A stretch of DNA of 64,000 nucleotides from Candidatus Bathyarchaeota archaeon (lineage in GTDB: Archaea; Thermoproteota; Bathyarchaeia; Bathyarchaeales; Bathycorpusculaceae): positions 224,001 to 288,000 of the forward strand of contig CAVZJV010000014.1 of assembly GCA_963775685.1 (NCBI GenBank), read 5' to 3'. Both the position numbers and the translations under genes were made by a program. Shown here in pieces: positions 30,635 to 41,335 of this stretch. A model generated the notes under the pieces. That model ran no database searches and was not told the DNA's origin. It saw only the letters and a list, made by a program, of their open reading frames with translations. Each line of letters starts with the position of its first letter. Position 1 is the first letter of the stretch.

Positions 30635-31165
30635 CTAATTGTAAATGCTTTTTATGTCTTGCGACTTTATGCATTTGGGAATGCAAAAAACAATCCATCT
30701 ATAGCAACCCTCAAAGTTAATTGGAATCTTGGATTGCTCGGCAATCTTTGCATATAACGCTTGATAGTATTCTACTTTGGCGTTTTGTTTTTTTAGCCTA
30801 AGAGAATCTACTATCCCATGAACAACCTCAAAACCCACTATCTTCTGCTAATTGAGCCTCATTCAGAAACGCTTCTCGCCCAAACGAACAAACCCAAATA
30901 TGACCATCGACAATGCTGAATTTAGCATTTTTGAATCCTAAATAGCCAAAACAGGTAACCAGGATCCATTTAAGAGCCTTTGCCGCTTATCATAAACCTC
31001 CATAAAGTATGCTAACTAAACGTTCAAGGTCTGCTGTTGTTCCTGAAACATGGATTTTGGGTTGGAATTTGTCGATTAGGCGGATGCGTTCGTCCTTTTT
31101 CGCTTATGATCTATACAACTACTTCCCCTTCATCACCAGGATAAACATCAAGATCCTGCCCTTAA
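30635..31165 (-). pseudogene. PolB2-type DNA polymerase remnant with a large internal deletion
   Basis: Fragments ILDVYPGDEGEVVV..IRLIDKFQPKIHVSG (N-terminus), KALKWILVTCFGYLGFKNAKF, and GFEVVHGIVDSL..INFEGCYRWIVF. Confidence 0.8.
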
Positions 31166-31784
31166 CCTGCTAAACCTCCAAACAATCTGAAACTTTTTTT
31201 CATAGTTAATCTTGTGAGCACAAGCATCAGCTCAAATCCATATAAAACAAATGGACAAAACTTCTTAGCGTAGAAGTGAAGGGAAGTATGACAGTGAAAT
31301 TCCCAAGCGCGAAAAGTAGCCTCAATTTCTCAATATCAATATTTTTATGGTTTCAATTTAGTACTGTTTAGTAAACCTTTTAAGCATCTGAATATATCAA
31401 GACACACTATATAATACAAAAACAAGGAAGTGACAGACCATGGATCGCCCATATACACTCCCATGCCAGAAAGCAAGCTTTAGCAGCTGTGAAGGATGTC
31501 CAAAAGAAGACTGCCATTCAAAGCATTACCTAAGCATGGAACCACAAAAAATTTACGCATAACTGATGAAAGATTCCATAACATCATCTACAATTAAAAG
31601 TGTTTTCTGAAAATGATCAGAAGAGGAAAATTAAACCGAATTTGACCGCAAAGGAACTTCACTTTAAATGTTAGGCGTAAATAGCAATTAACAAGTATTT
31701 TTAATGAAGGTTCGCTAACTTAATTTCTACCTTTACGCTTCAATTTCTTACTTGTTCAAAACTGCTGTGGAAAAAACGCAAAAG

Positions 31785-32459
31785 TTAGCTTATGATTGTT
31801 CCAACGTTTCCGCCCTCGATCGCAATTAAAATGTTTTCAGGCTTAAAGCCGTTCACGACTACCAGTTTTAGCCGTTTGCGTCTGAGAACTTTAATGGCTT
31901 CAGGATCAATAATTTGGTGAATTCCTGCTTTGTGCTCGCAGTGTTCAAAGACGGCAGCTAAATCCTCAAGCGATAAACGGTCAAATTTCACCGCATTTGG
32001 GTGTTTTCTCGGGTCTTTATCGTAAACTCCGTTTTGGTCAGTTCCTTTTACTAGTAAATCCGCGTTGACACGTTCAGCAACCAAGGTAGCAACTGCATCT
32101 GTAGTAATTCCTGGCTTCAAACCACCCATGACCACGATTTTTCCCTCGCCAAGATACATAGCTGCTTCATCAAGCGTTACTGCGACTTTGTTGCAGCCAG
32201 CATTGCCGAGTTTTTTGAGGAAAAGCTGCGCGAAAAGCCGTGAACATGAAATCGCAATGTCATCCTGGTCCACCATGTCTAAACCTAAATTGCTGGCGAT
32301 ACAGATAAATTCCCTCGCCAAAGCGCCACCACCTAAAACCACGGCAACCTCATGTCCCAGTTGCTTGACAGTTTTGATTATTTCCGCATATTTACTCATT
32401 AAGTCGGTGTTGACTGGTGATGCAACCACTGAACCGCCAATTCGGATAACTAAACGCAT
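31785..32459 (-). CDS. pyrH: UMP kinase (archaeal)
   Basis: VIRIGGSV, VLGGGALAREFI, MGGLKPGITTDAVA, GVYDKDP. Confidence 0.93.
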   Translation of the reverse strand: MRLVIRIGGSVVASPVNTDLMSKYAEIIKTVKQLGHEVAVVLGGGALAREFICIASNLGLDMVDQDDIAISCSRLFAQLFLKKLGNAGCNKVAVTLDEAAMYLGEGKIVVMGGLKPGITTDAVATLVAERVNADLLVKGTDQNGVYDKDPRKHPNAVKFDRLSLEDLAAVFEHCEHKAGIHQIIDPEAIKVLRRKRLKLVVVNGFKPENILIAIEGGNVGTIIS

Positions 32460-32554
32460 ACTTGATCTTCCTTGTTGGCTAACAATACAGTTTAGGGTTA
32501 AAAATCTTTAATATCCCAACAGCAGTTAAAGCAAGGATAAGGAAAGAAACAGGG

Positions 32555-33478
32555 ATGGTTTTCACTGAAACATTCACCATAGAACCGTTGGCGCCTTTCA
32601 ACTTTGATTTAACCGCGCAAATCTTCAGCAACGGCGACAGTCAAATCCGCTCCTACGCAAACGGCGTGTTCCACCAAGTTCTAAAAGTTGATGACACCCT
32701 TGTTTTGGTAAAAATAACCTCCAGCGGAATAATTGAAAAACCAAAAATAAAGGTTGAACTAAAATCAAACAGCCAAATAAACCCCCAAGATAAACAGAAA
32801 ACCAAAGAAGCAATAGATTTTATCTTTAACTTGAACTTCAACCTCTGCAGTTTCTATAAGGACATTGAAAATGATCCTGTAATTCACCAAATAAGCCAGA
32901 AACTGTACGGATTAAAAAACCCCACAACCTCAACCGTCTTTGAATCACTTGTGGACTCTATTGTGGAGCAACAAATCTCCATAAAAGTTGCACACACAAT
33001 CGAGCAGCGGTTAACAAAAAAATTCGGTGCCCCCCTCCAAATAGAAGGCAACACCTCCTTTGCTTATCCAGCACCCCAAAATATCGCTGTCCTATGCCTA
33101 AGCGACATCCAGCAGGTTGGGTTAAGCATGCGTAAAGCAGAGTACATTCATGGGGTAGCAAAGCTAATTGCCGACGGGAAGTTGGATCTTGAGGCTATGA
33201 AAAACCAGAAAAATCATAAGCGAATCATTGCTGAATTGGACGAAATTAAAGGCATAGGTGTCTGGACAGCGGAACTTACCATGCTGCGGGGAATGCAAAT
33301 GTTGGATGCTTTGCCCGCGGACGATTTTGGAATTAGGCGTGTGATTTCTAGGTATTATTACGGTGGAAAGCCGATTAAAACAGAGGAAGTACGTCAGATC
33401 GCCACATCTTGGGGAAAATGGAAGGGGTTGGCAGCTTTTTACCTGATTATCGCGGAAGTCAAAGGCATAGTGGTTTAG
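32555..33478 (+). CDS. alkA: DNA-3-methyladenine glycosylase II (AlkA-like HhH-GPD)
   Basis: FESLVDSIVEQQIS, IKGIGVWTAE, LPADDFGIRR, WGKWKGLAAFYL. Confidence 0.9.
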   Translation: MVFTETFTIEPLAPFNFDLTAQIFSNGDSQIRSYANGVFHQVLKVDDTLVLVKITSSGIIEKPKIKVELKSNSQINPQDKQKTKEAIDFIFNLNFNLCSFYKDIENDPVIHQISQKLYGLKNPTTSTVFESLVDSIVEQQISIKVAHTIEQRLTKKFGAPLQIEGNTSFAYPAPQNIAVLCLSDIQQVGLSMRKAEYIHGVAKLIADGKLDLEAMKNQKNHKRIIAELDEIKGIGVWTAELTMLRGMQMLDALPADDFGIRRVISRYYYGGKPIKTEEVRQIATSWGKWKGLAAFYLIIAEVKGIVV

Positions 33479-34305
33479 CTTGTTAAGCGTTTCTTCATTA
33501 AGTTAATGCTTAGGATAAAGAAGAATAGCGTAACGACAATTATCCAGACGAAACTGATCAGGATTAGAACAGCTGGAGTTAAGCCAAGTATGGGTTCTAG
33601 GTGCCCTGAAACAAGGCCTCTTGTAATGTTTACAATATGCGTCAGCGGCAAAACCAAGGCTGCTCCTTGAGCGGCAATTGGTAGCGAGGTTAAGGGGAAG
33701 AATGTGCCGCATAAAAAGAACATCGGCGTCAAAAACAAAAACGAAGGAAAATTAAAAAAGTCAATGTTTGGCGCAACTGACGTGAAGCACATTGCTATGG
33801 ATGCAAACATGAGTCCTCCAAAAAAAGCAAGTGGAATTACCAACAAGAACAGTGGGCTGGAAATTAAGCCGAAAGCTGCAACTACCGCCAAAACAATTAT
33901 TGTGTTGATGGTTGCCCTTGTGGCTCCCCAAAGCAGTTCTCCAGTCACAACCTCTTCAACGCTGACAGGTGTGGCGACGATGGCGTCAAATGTCTTTTGG
34001 AAGTACATGCGTACAAACGAGGCAAAAGTGCATTCAAAAAATGATCCGTTCATGATGGAAATCGCCACAAGTGCAGGCGCTATAAACGCGATGTAAGATT
34101 CTCCCTGTATGCTTGGGATAAATCCTCCCAAGCCAAAGCCGAAAGCTAAAAGGTAGAGGATGGGTTCAAGCAGGGATGGTAGAAAGTTAACTTTTATAGT
34201 TTTTGTGAATACGTCAAAGTTGCGTCGCCAAACCTTCCAAACCCTGTATGTCAATTTAGGCATGATGAAACGGGCTGGTGACTTGTGAAGGTTAGGTTCA
34301 CTCAT
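33475..34305 (-). CDS. ABC-2 permease (NodJ-like)
   Basis: LEPILYLLAFGFGLG, SFFECTFASFVRM, TPMFFLCGTFFP. Confidence 0.9.
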   Translation of the reverse strand: MSEPNLHKSPARFIMPKLTYRVWKVWRRNFDVFTKTIKVNFLPSLLEPILYLLAFGFGLGGFIPSIQGESYIAFIAPALVAISIMNGSFFECTFASFVRMYFQKTFDAIVATPVSVEEVVTGELLWGATRATINTIIVLAVVAAFGLISSPLFLLVIPLAFFGGLMFASIAMCFTSVAPNIDFFNFPSFLFLTPMFFLCGTFFPLTSLPIAAQGAALVLPLTHIVNITRGLVSGHLEPILGLTPAVLILISFVWIIVVTLFFFILSINLMKKRLTS

Positions 34306-35228
34306 TCTTCCCGCAATCCTCTTCCAGTCAATTTAAGGAAAACGTCTTCAAGGTTGGCTTTGCGGATAGTGACATTTTGTATAGGATGTTCTTGTAGAAA
34401 CCCTTCGAAAACTCCGTGAGGTTTTTCAGTGAAGATTTGCATGCGGTCGCTAAGTTTCTCTATGCGTGCATCGGGGAAGGCTTTTTGGATTGTTGACAAG
34501 AGTTTTTCGTTGTAGTCGAGTTCCAAGACGTCTTCGCCTATATGCTTCTTAACGAGTTCAGCGGGCTTGCCGTCTTCGATGATTTTTCCTTTGTCTACTA
34601 TCAGGATTCTGTCGCAGAGGACTTCTGCCTCATCCATGTAATGCGTTGTCAAAATGATTGTAACCTGCTTCTTTTTGAGATGCCTAACTTCATCCCATAC
34701 CAGATGTCTAGCCTGTGGATCCAACCCTGTTGTAGGCTCATCAAGAAGGAGAATTTGGGGTTGATTCAAAAGTGCCCTGGCAAAAATCAGCCGGCGTTTC
34801 ATACCAGTGGACAACGCCATAATGGGGACTTCCTTTTTTTCTTCTAGCTGGAAAAACTTAATTTGGTCGTTGGCTCTTTTTAGGGCTTCATCTTTTGGTA
34901 TGTCAAAATACCGTGCATAAACGGTAAGGTTCTTGATGGTTGAAAAATCTGGGTCTAAATTATCTTCTTGCGGTGCCACACCCACGATGCTCTTTATTTC
35001 TCGGCATTTTGTATGCACGCTTAAGCCAACAATATCTAGTTCTCCCTGAGTTGGAGGCAAAAAACAATAAATCATCCGAACTGTAGTGGTTTTTCCGGCG
35101 CCGTTGGGACCCAAAAAACCCACGCATTCACCTTTGTAAACCCTAAAGTCGATGTGGTCAACGGCAGTAAAATCGTCGAATTTCTTGGTTAAACTTTTGG
35201 CTTCAATGACAATTTCAGGGGAATCCAT
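34302..35228 (-). CDS. ABC ATP-binding protein (NodI-like)
   Basis: GPNGAGKTT, LSTGMKRR, LLLDEPTTGLDPQARH, NLEDVFLKLTGR. Confidence 0.92.
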   Translation of the reverse strand: MDSPEIVIEAKSLTKKFDDFTAVDHIDFRVYKGECVGFLGPNGAGKTTTVRMIYCFLPPTQGELDIVGLSVHTKCREIKSIVGVAPQEDNLDPDFSTIKNLTVYARYFDIPKDEALKRANDQIKFFQLEEKKEVPIMALSTGMKRRLIFARALLNQPQILLLDEPTTGLDPQARHLVWDEVRHLKKKQVTIILTTHYMDEAEVLCDRILIVDKGKIIEDGKPAELVKKHIGEDVLELDYNEKLLSTIQKAFPDARIEKLSDRMQIFTEKPHGVFEGFLQEHPIQNVTIRKANLEDVFLKLTGRGLREE

Positions 35229-35267
35229 ACATAATCACAGATAGATTTGCAACCGTAAAACTTAAAA

Positions 35268-35520
35268 CTATTTCAGGTTTTTCCTGAGATGTACTGGCAA
35301 TAGCCCAAATTGATGGGACCTTGCTTTGGTAGTTTCGCATGGAAACTCGAGGCATTCAAAACATGGCTCTGCACCCTTTGTGTGTGCGAAGTTGCAGATT
35401 TTACAGAATTTGTTTTCCCTTGCAACAAACCAACACTGCCGTTTGGCACTTGCCGTTTTGCATTCTGGGGAATTTCTCGCAGGCAATTTCACAACCCCGA
35501 TCTTTATGTTTAGTCAGTCT
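35268..35520 (-). pseudogene. DUF3795-like Cys-rich protein, frameshifted
   Basis: CEIACEK...FCKICNFAHTKGAEPCFECLEFPCE across frames. Confidence 0.5.
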
Positions 35521-35736
35521 GCAGTTGATTTTTTTTATATCCCCTTATATAAAGCAACATAGATTCAGCGTTAAGAAAACCTTTTCTCAAGGACCAATGC
35601 TTATCGGCTAAATTTGTTTGCTAAATTTTGTTTTTTCTGTTTGATTAGCTTTAATTTGCTGAAGCCTTCTTGCTGGACGAACACGCTTTTAAGCAAGCTG
35701 TACATATTTTTTTCAAGTCGATCGAGGTTTAGATGT

Positions 35737-36042
35737 TTGGGAAAGAAAAAAGTGTTAAGCGAAGGTGCAATCGGCGAATTAGTTTATCCTGGGCAAGGTG
35801 AAGTCTTAGGTGTAGTTATAAAACTGCTTGGTTTCGACCGAATACTGGTTAAATGTCAGGATGGAGCTGAACGTTTATGCCGTATCCGAGGCAAAATGAA
35901 GCGTCGAGTCTGGATTCGAGAAGGCGACATAGTCATCGTTTCCCCTTGGGATTTTCAGACAGATACACGTGGCGACGTGGTTTGGCGCTATACGCATTCG
36001 CAATCTGATACGCTTAGACGCAAGGGTCTCTTAACTCTATAA
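35737..36042 (+). CDS. eif1a: Translation initiation factor aIF-1A
   Basis: TTG start; GVVIKLLG..VKCQDG.ERLCRIRGKMKRRVWIREGD.VIVSPWDFQ. Confidence 0.95.
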   Translation: MGKKKVLSEGAIGELVYPGQGEVLGVVIKLLGFDRILVKCQDGAERLCRIRGKMKRRVWIREGDIVIVSPWDFQTDTRGDVVWRYTHSQSDTLRRKGLLTL

Positions 36043-36221
36043 TTCAATTTTTACTTCCATTTTTGCTATTTCTACTGATTTTTAAAATATTAAGGTCCTG
36101 AAAAATCGCCAATAAGACCTGCCCCTCTTTGGTATTCGAGCAAATGTTATAGACTCCGTTTCAAAGTGGTTTTCTGCTCGACTGGTTTTAATACCCAAAA
36201 GCCGTAAGCATCCTTGATATT

Positions 36222-37007
36222 ATGTCACGAAAAGCCCAAGAACGTATTGCCCATACTGAGAGAAGAATTGAACGAAGAGACAAAATGCTAACCCACGACA
36301 AATCCAAGGAACGTGCAACAGTCGAAGAAGTTTTCGACCAAACCACACGTATGGTGGTTTTTGACATGCTTAATAGCGGCATTTTCTATGAGCTTAATGG
36401 TGCTGTGAGTTCAGGAAAAGAAGCGAAAGTGTACTGGGGCACAACCAAAGAAGGCGTCGACTTGGCGGTAAAGATTTACTTAACGTCTTCTGCCGAGTTC
36501 AAGAAGGGCATGCACAAATACATAGAAGGTGATCCCCGCTTCAAAGATGTCAAGCACGATACCCGCTCATTGATGACAGTTTGGGCACAAAAGGAGTTTC
36601 GCAATTTAGGTGAAGCTGACAACGCAAAGGTGCGCGTACCAAAACCCATTGCCGTCAAAAGCAACGTCGTAGTTATGGAGTTTATTGGAAAAAAAGGTGT
36701 TAGCGCACCATCGCTCAAAGAAAAGCCACCAGCCAACCCTGAGAAAGTTTACAAAATAATAGTTACCTATATCAAACGGCTCTACCAAAAAGCCAAAATT
36801 GTCCATGGCGACCTAAGCGAATACAACATTATGATGTGGAAAGGTAAACCGGTAGTTTTTGATGTTTCTCAGTCCGTTTCGATTCAGCATCCCCTGGCCG
36901 ACTTTATGTTGCGCCGGGATTTAGAGAATGTAAATAGGTTCTTTAAGCGGTTAGACGTTGATGTTTATCCAGTTGAAGAATTATACAAGAAGGTTGTTGG
37001 TAAATAA
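36222..37007 (+). CDS. rio1: RIO1 serine kinase
   Basis: SSGKEAKVY, AVKIY, WAQKEFRNL, VHGDLSEYNI, FDVSQSV. Confidence 0.93.
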   Translation: MSRKAQERIAHTERRIERRDKMLTHDKSKERATVEEVFDQTTRMVVFDMLNSGIFYELNGAVSSGKEAKVYWGTTKEGVDLAVKIYLTSSAEFKKGMHKYIEGDPRFKDVKHDTRSLMTVWAQKEFRNLGEADNAKVRVPKPIAVKSNVVVMEFIGKKGVSAPSLKEKPPANPEKVYKIIVTYIKRLYQKAKIVHGDLSEYNIMMWKGKPVVFDVSQSVSIQHPLADFMLRRDLENVNRFFKRLDVDVYPVEELYKKVVGK

Positions 37008-37585
37008 TGCCTGGTTCAGATACATTTGTAAAGGTTCCTAAAGAACGCGTCGGTATACTAATCGGTCCGGAAGGTAAAGTAAAACAGGAAATAGAAACAA
37101 AACTAAACGTCAAACTCGACATCGACAAAGAAGGTAGCGTCACCATAACGCTTCCAGAAAACATACCTGACCCCTCAGTGTTCCTAAGAGCCAAAGACAT
37201 AGTCACAGCAATAGGTAGAGGATTCATGCCAGAAACCGCGTTCCGTCTCATCCACAATGAAGACGACATCTTTGACATGATAGATCTGCGCTTGATTTTT
37301 GGGCGTTCCGAATCAGACATTAAACGTGTAAAGAGCAGAATCATCGGTACTGACGGAAAAACTAGAAAACTCATCGAGGAATTAACCGAAGCTGATGTTG
37401 TTATTTACGGCCACACAATTGGAATTATCGGCAGTTTTGAGGAAGCCGATGCCGCACGCAATGCAGTGCAAATGATTGTCGAGGGTTGCCAACACCATAC
37501 CGTTTACAGTTACTTGCAGAAAAAACGCACAGAACTAAAGAAGCAAAAGCTAGAGTTATGGGAAAAACCGCCAGAAGAAAAATAA
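37007..37585 (+). CDS. KH-domain rRNA processing protein (Dim2/Pno1-like)
   Basis: RVGILIGPEG, AIGRGF, RIIGTDGKTR, H.TVY; conserved aIF1A-rio1-KH operon. Confidence 0.92.
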   Translation: MPGSDTFVKVPKERVGILIGPEGKVKQEIETKLNVKLDIDKEGSVTITLPENIPDPSVFLRAKDIVTAIGRGFMPETAFRLIHNEDDIFDMIDLRLIFGRSESDIKRVKSRIIGTDGKTRKLIEELTEADVVIYGHTIGIIGSFEEADAARNAVQMIVEGCQHHTVYSYLQKKRTELKKQKLELWEKPPEEK

Positions 37586-37606
37586 TTTTTCCTTTTTTTG
37601 TTTAGA

Positions 37607-37939
37607 CTATGCCCAACGGAATGGCCACTCTGAACGTTGAAAAAGCTCTGTTGAAAACACCTTGTAATTTTTGATTTGCGGCGGTTTGCTGATTAAATCT
37701 TGAACTTTTTTGACTGCTTGAGTAAACACATCTTTCTCTGACCTATCTAATGCTTCTTGGTCTATCCAAAGCGTTAGGATTGTTACCGTATTTGGGTCAT
37801 CATCAGCGACAAGCGAGATTGCACCGCGGAACCCTTCGGTTTGATGCGCCAAAGTGTTAAGGAGGAGGTCAAGTTCTGAAAAACCTTTTTCGCCTTTACT
37901 TTCCTTAAAATGCCAGACAGTCATTCTTGCTAAAACCAA
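37607..37939 (-). CDS. Antibiotic biosynthesis monooxygenase (ABM)-like protein
   Basis: ARMTVWHFK...GFRG..L...ILTLW pattern. Confidence 0.6.
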   Translation of the reverse strand: MVLARMTVWHFKESKGEKGFSELDLLLNTLAHQTEGFRGAISLVADDDPNTVTILTLWIDQEALDRSEKDVFTQAVKKVQDLISKPPQIKNYKVFSTELFQRSEWPFRWA

Positions 37940-38000
37940 AACAAATCACCACTAATAATTTGGAATTTCTTTCTTATATACCTTAAAATTGTTTGGTTGT

Positions 38001-38900
38001 TAGGTGGGCTCTTAGGCATGCGCCTGAAAAATTCCAAATGCATGATATTTAAAAGATTTAGTATTATTAATGGATTCTTCCGTTAACCTGATACAAGAAT
38101 AGATAACTTACTTAACACATTGCCTGAATCGAAACTCTCAGTAATTCTAGTAACTTCGATAGATTGTAAAGTAGTATCTCTTAGAAAGTGTTTTTCATCT
38201 TCCCTTCCCATATTTCTCAGGAAACTTGGGATATTTCTGCAATATACTGGTCCTTCATTAAACACTGCCCAAAATATCAAAATGTAAACGCTTAAAGTCA
38301 ATCTAATCGATAGAAAAACGGACTAAAAAAATGAATATTGAAAATTCAATACTGAAAAAAAATTAATGACTTGCACCTGGATGTTCAGTTTCATCTTTGG
38401 GCGGACATCGCTGAAGATGGTTTTTAGCTTCAGCAACACGAAGACTAAGTGGGGAATAATTGGCAAATTGGCGGAACTGTTTTTGAAAAAAATAACCCGA
38501 TCTTTATCTTTCAAGCTGTCCAAATTGCAATGGTTTAGTTAAATGAATATAGACAAAGGAAATTAAGTTTAGAAGAACCTAGATTAGTTAATGAATCGGA
38601 TTTCTAATTTTTTTTCGATCTTGAGAGTAAGATAAGCCTTAAATCTGAAAAAGCGGGAATTGGAAGAGGTAGGGACTCTGATGATTAAAAATTCAAGCAC
38701 TGAAATTATAGAACAAAATGAGAAACAAATTAAACTGAAATATGGTGTAGAAGTCTATAATTTATTCCATGGTCTTTCCTGCACTAAGTTAGATAAAGAA
38801 CAAGGATATTTCTTACTTACATTAATGGATAAACTTTTGACAGATAGATGATTTGATAAATTTCCAAGAGTTTCAGGTTTATTTCAGTAGGTGGGCTCTT
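38001..38900. repeat. 13-bp direct repeat TAGGTGGGCTCTT (38001-38013 and 38888-38900) flanking an AT-rich segment
   Basis: Exact match read from the sequence. Confidence 0.65.
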
Positions 38901-39053
38901 CGAGGGTAATTTTGACTATTCAAGTACATACTTGAAAGTTATCATTTTTACCGTCTCTCACTCAAGATCCTCATCATCCTCTATGTCTTCGGGGCCAGAG
39001 TCGTCATCGCCCACCCGAACAGACAACGCCCAGCCAATCATTAAAACTTTGGG

Positions 39054-39623
39054 TTAAAGTTTGACGCTTATTTCTACGCCGTCTCCGCCCACTTGGATGT
39101 AGCGACTGCGGTACTTTCCAGAGTTACGGACATAATCCAAATAATCGTTCATCTGGTCGGCGAAAACGTCTGCGTTGTCAGCAAACACAACCGTACCCTT
39201 GCGCAACTTATCCTCGGCCAATTTGAGATACTGGAAATACTCGTTTTTTTCCGCATCAATGAAAGCAAAATCAATAGGTCCCTGCAATGTGGGAATAACT
39301 TCTAGGGCGTCGCCATTTATGATTTGGACTTTTGCAGGGATGTTTGCGCGGACGATGTTTTTGCCCGCTATCTCTGCTTCGTCTGTATGGATTTCGATGG
39401 TGACAATTTCGGTTTCCGCATCCATTTCTTTGCCCATCAGAATCGCTGAGTAACCAATCAGGGTGCCTATCTCCAACACACGATTCGGCTTGGCTTTACG
39501 TATTTCCTCTGCCAAAAACTTGCCTTTATGCGGACCGATAATTGGCAAAAAATTCTTCTCAGATGCCTTCTCGATTAACCGCAAAACCTCGTCAGCACTG
39601 CTCTCTGTTGTTTGGGCCTTCAT
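39054..39623 (-). CDS. SAM-dependent O-methyltransferase (Methyltransf_3-like)
   Basis: VLEIGTLIGYSAI, GDALEVIP, FIDAEK, ADNA. Confidence 0.88.
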   Translation of the reverse strand: MKAQTTESSADEVLRLIEKASEKNFLPIIGPHKGKFLAEEIRKAKPNRVLEIGTLIGYSAILMGKEMDAETEIVTIEIHTDEAEIAGKNIVRANIPAKVQIINGDALEVIPTLQGPIDFAFIDAEKNEYFQYLKLAEDKLRKGTVVFADNADVFADQMNDYLDYVRNSGKYRSRYIQVGGDGVEISVKL

Positions 39624-40183
39624 AGGGGCACCTTGATTTTGTCTAAAAACCTATGCTGCAACTTTGCGATTTTGGGGGCAATGACAGCTTGGCAGTAGGG
39701 TTCTTTGGGGTGTTTTTTGTAGTAGTCTTTGTGGTATGTTTCGGCGTTGTAGAACGCTTTAAGTGGGACGACTTCGGTTAAGATGGGGTTGTTCCATATT
39801 CCTTCTTTGTTGAGTTCGTCGATTAGTTTTTCGGCTGTTTCTTTCTCCTCAGGAGTGTGGTAAAAAATAGCGGAGCGGTACTGGGTTCCAACGTCAGCGC
39901 CTTGACGGTTAAGCGATGTGGGGTCATGCATGGTGAAGAAAATCTCCAAAATCTCCTTGTAACTGACCACTTTGGGGTCAAAATAAATCTGTGCAGCTTC
40001 AGCATGCCTAGTTGTGCCTGTTGAAACTTCCTCGTATGATGGGTTAGGCACTGTGCCGCCTGTGTAGCCAGGTTCAATTCGCTCCACACCCTTAATGATG
40101 CTAAACGCCGCTTCAGTGCACCAAAAACAGCCGCCTGCAAGCGTTGCTATTTCCAAGTTTTTGTTTTCGATGGTTTGACTCAT
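39620..40183 (-). CDS. msrA: Peptide methionine sulfoxide reductase A
   Basis: AGGCFWCTEA, HDPTSLNRQGADVGTQYRS, AETYHKDYY; start at MSQTIEN. Confidence 0.95.
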   Translation of the reverse strand: MSQTIENKNLEIATLAGGCFWCTEAAFSIIKGVERIEPGYTGGTVPNPSYEEVSTGTTRHAEAAQIYFDPKVVSYKEILEIFFTMHDPTSLNRQGADVGTQYRSAIFYHTPEEKETAEKLIDELNKEGIWNNPILTEVVPLKAFYNAETYHKDYYKKHPKEPYCQAVIAPKIAKLQHRFLDKIKVPL

Positions 40184-40326
40184 AAAAAACAGCTCTATAC
40201 TGTCTAATGCTTGGTATCTTTGGGAACTTAAAGGGTTGTGGCTGTCACAATACAGCAACTAGGCTAACATAAACAATTTTACTTCCCAAGCCTTTATTTT
40301 ACTGGAATTCTCTCGCGTGGATTAAC

Positions 40327-41325
40327 ATGGAAAACCCTGACGACATCTTAAATAAGATTAAGGTCACCCCATTAGCAGCAGAAAGCTTTGGCGTTCGTTC
40401 CATGTGCACACTCGTGGAAACACCTGATGTAAACATGCTTTTGGATGGAGGAATCTCGCTTGCTCCCTACCGTTTCAGCCTGCCGCCACACCCCCTCGAA
40501 TTCCAAACAATCGCCAGCCTGCGGAAAACTATAGCTGAAGCCTCCGAAAAAGCCACGGTGACCACGATTAGTCATTACCATTTCGACCACCACACACCCT
40601 CCTTTGAAGACTGGGTCGTAAACTGGACCGAAGACGGCGAAACCGCACGGCAAATCTACCAAGACAAAACGGTTCTTGCCAAGAACCCCAAGGAAAACAT
40701 CAACGCAAGCCAACGACAACGCGCATGGATGTTTGGGAAAACAGGCGGAAAACACGCTAAAGTGGTGGAAGCGGCGGATGGTAAAACATTCAATTTTGGA
40801 AAGACTTGTCTGAGGTTTTCTGAAGCGGTTGCTCATGGTTCTGAGGATTCAATGTTAGGCTGGGTTTTAATGGCAACTGTGGAGCATGAAGAAGAGCGGT
40901 TCATGTTTGCACCCGATGTTCAAGGACCAATGGCTAATCATACGTTGCAGTTGATTTTGGATGAGAAGCCCTTTGCGATTATGCTAGGTGGTCCGCCGCT
41001 TTATCTTGGGGGTTTCCGCGTTGAGTTGGCGCAGTTGGACCAGGGGCTTAGGAATCTGGAGCGGATTGTTGAGGCGGTGCCCACGGTGATTTTGGAGCAT
41101 CATGCGCTAAGAGATGAATCTTGGAGATCCAAAATGGATATGGTTTTCCAGAAAGCTTCCCAGATAGACCACCATATCTTAACAGCAGCCGAATACTCAG
41201 GCAAAGAAAACCTATTCTTAGAATCAAAGCGAAAACAACTCTACCGCGACCATCCACCATCCACCGCATTCAAGCAATGGACCAAAACACTCAATAACAA
41301 AAAAATTGCAAAACCACCCCTATAA
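40327..41325 (+). CDS. UPF0282-like MBL-fold metallohydrolase
   Basis: PLAAESFGVRSM, SHYHFDHH, DVQGP, ILEHHALRD. Confidence 0.88.
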   Translation: MENPDDILNKIKVTPLAAESFGVRSMCTLVETPDVNMLLDGGISLAPYRFSLPPHPLEFQTIASLRKTIAEASEKATVTTISHYHFDHHTPSFEDWVVNWTEDGETARQIYQDKTVLAKNPKENINASQRQRAWMFGKTGGKHAKVVEAADGKTFNFGKTCLRFSEAVAHGSEDSMLGWVLMATVEHEEERFMFAPDVQGPMANHTLQLILDEKPFAIMLGGPPLYLGGFRVELAQLDQGLRNLERIVEAVPTVILEHHALRDESWRSKMDMVFQKASQIDHHILTAAEYSGKENLFLESKRKQLYRDHPPSTAFKQWTKTLNNKKIAKPPL

Positions 41326-41335
41326 GAGGAATAAA

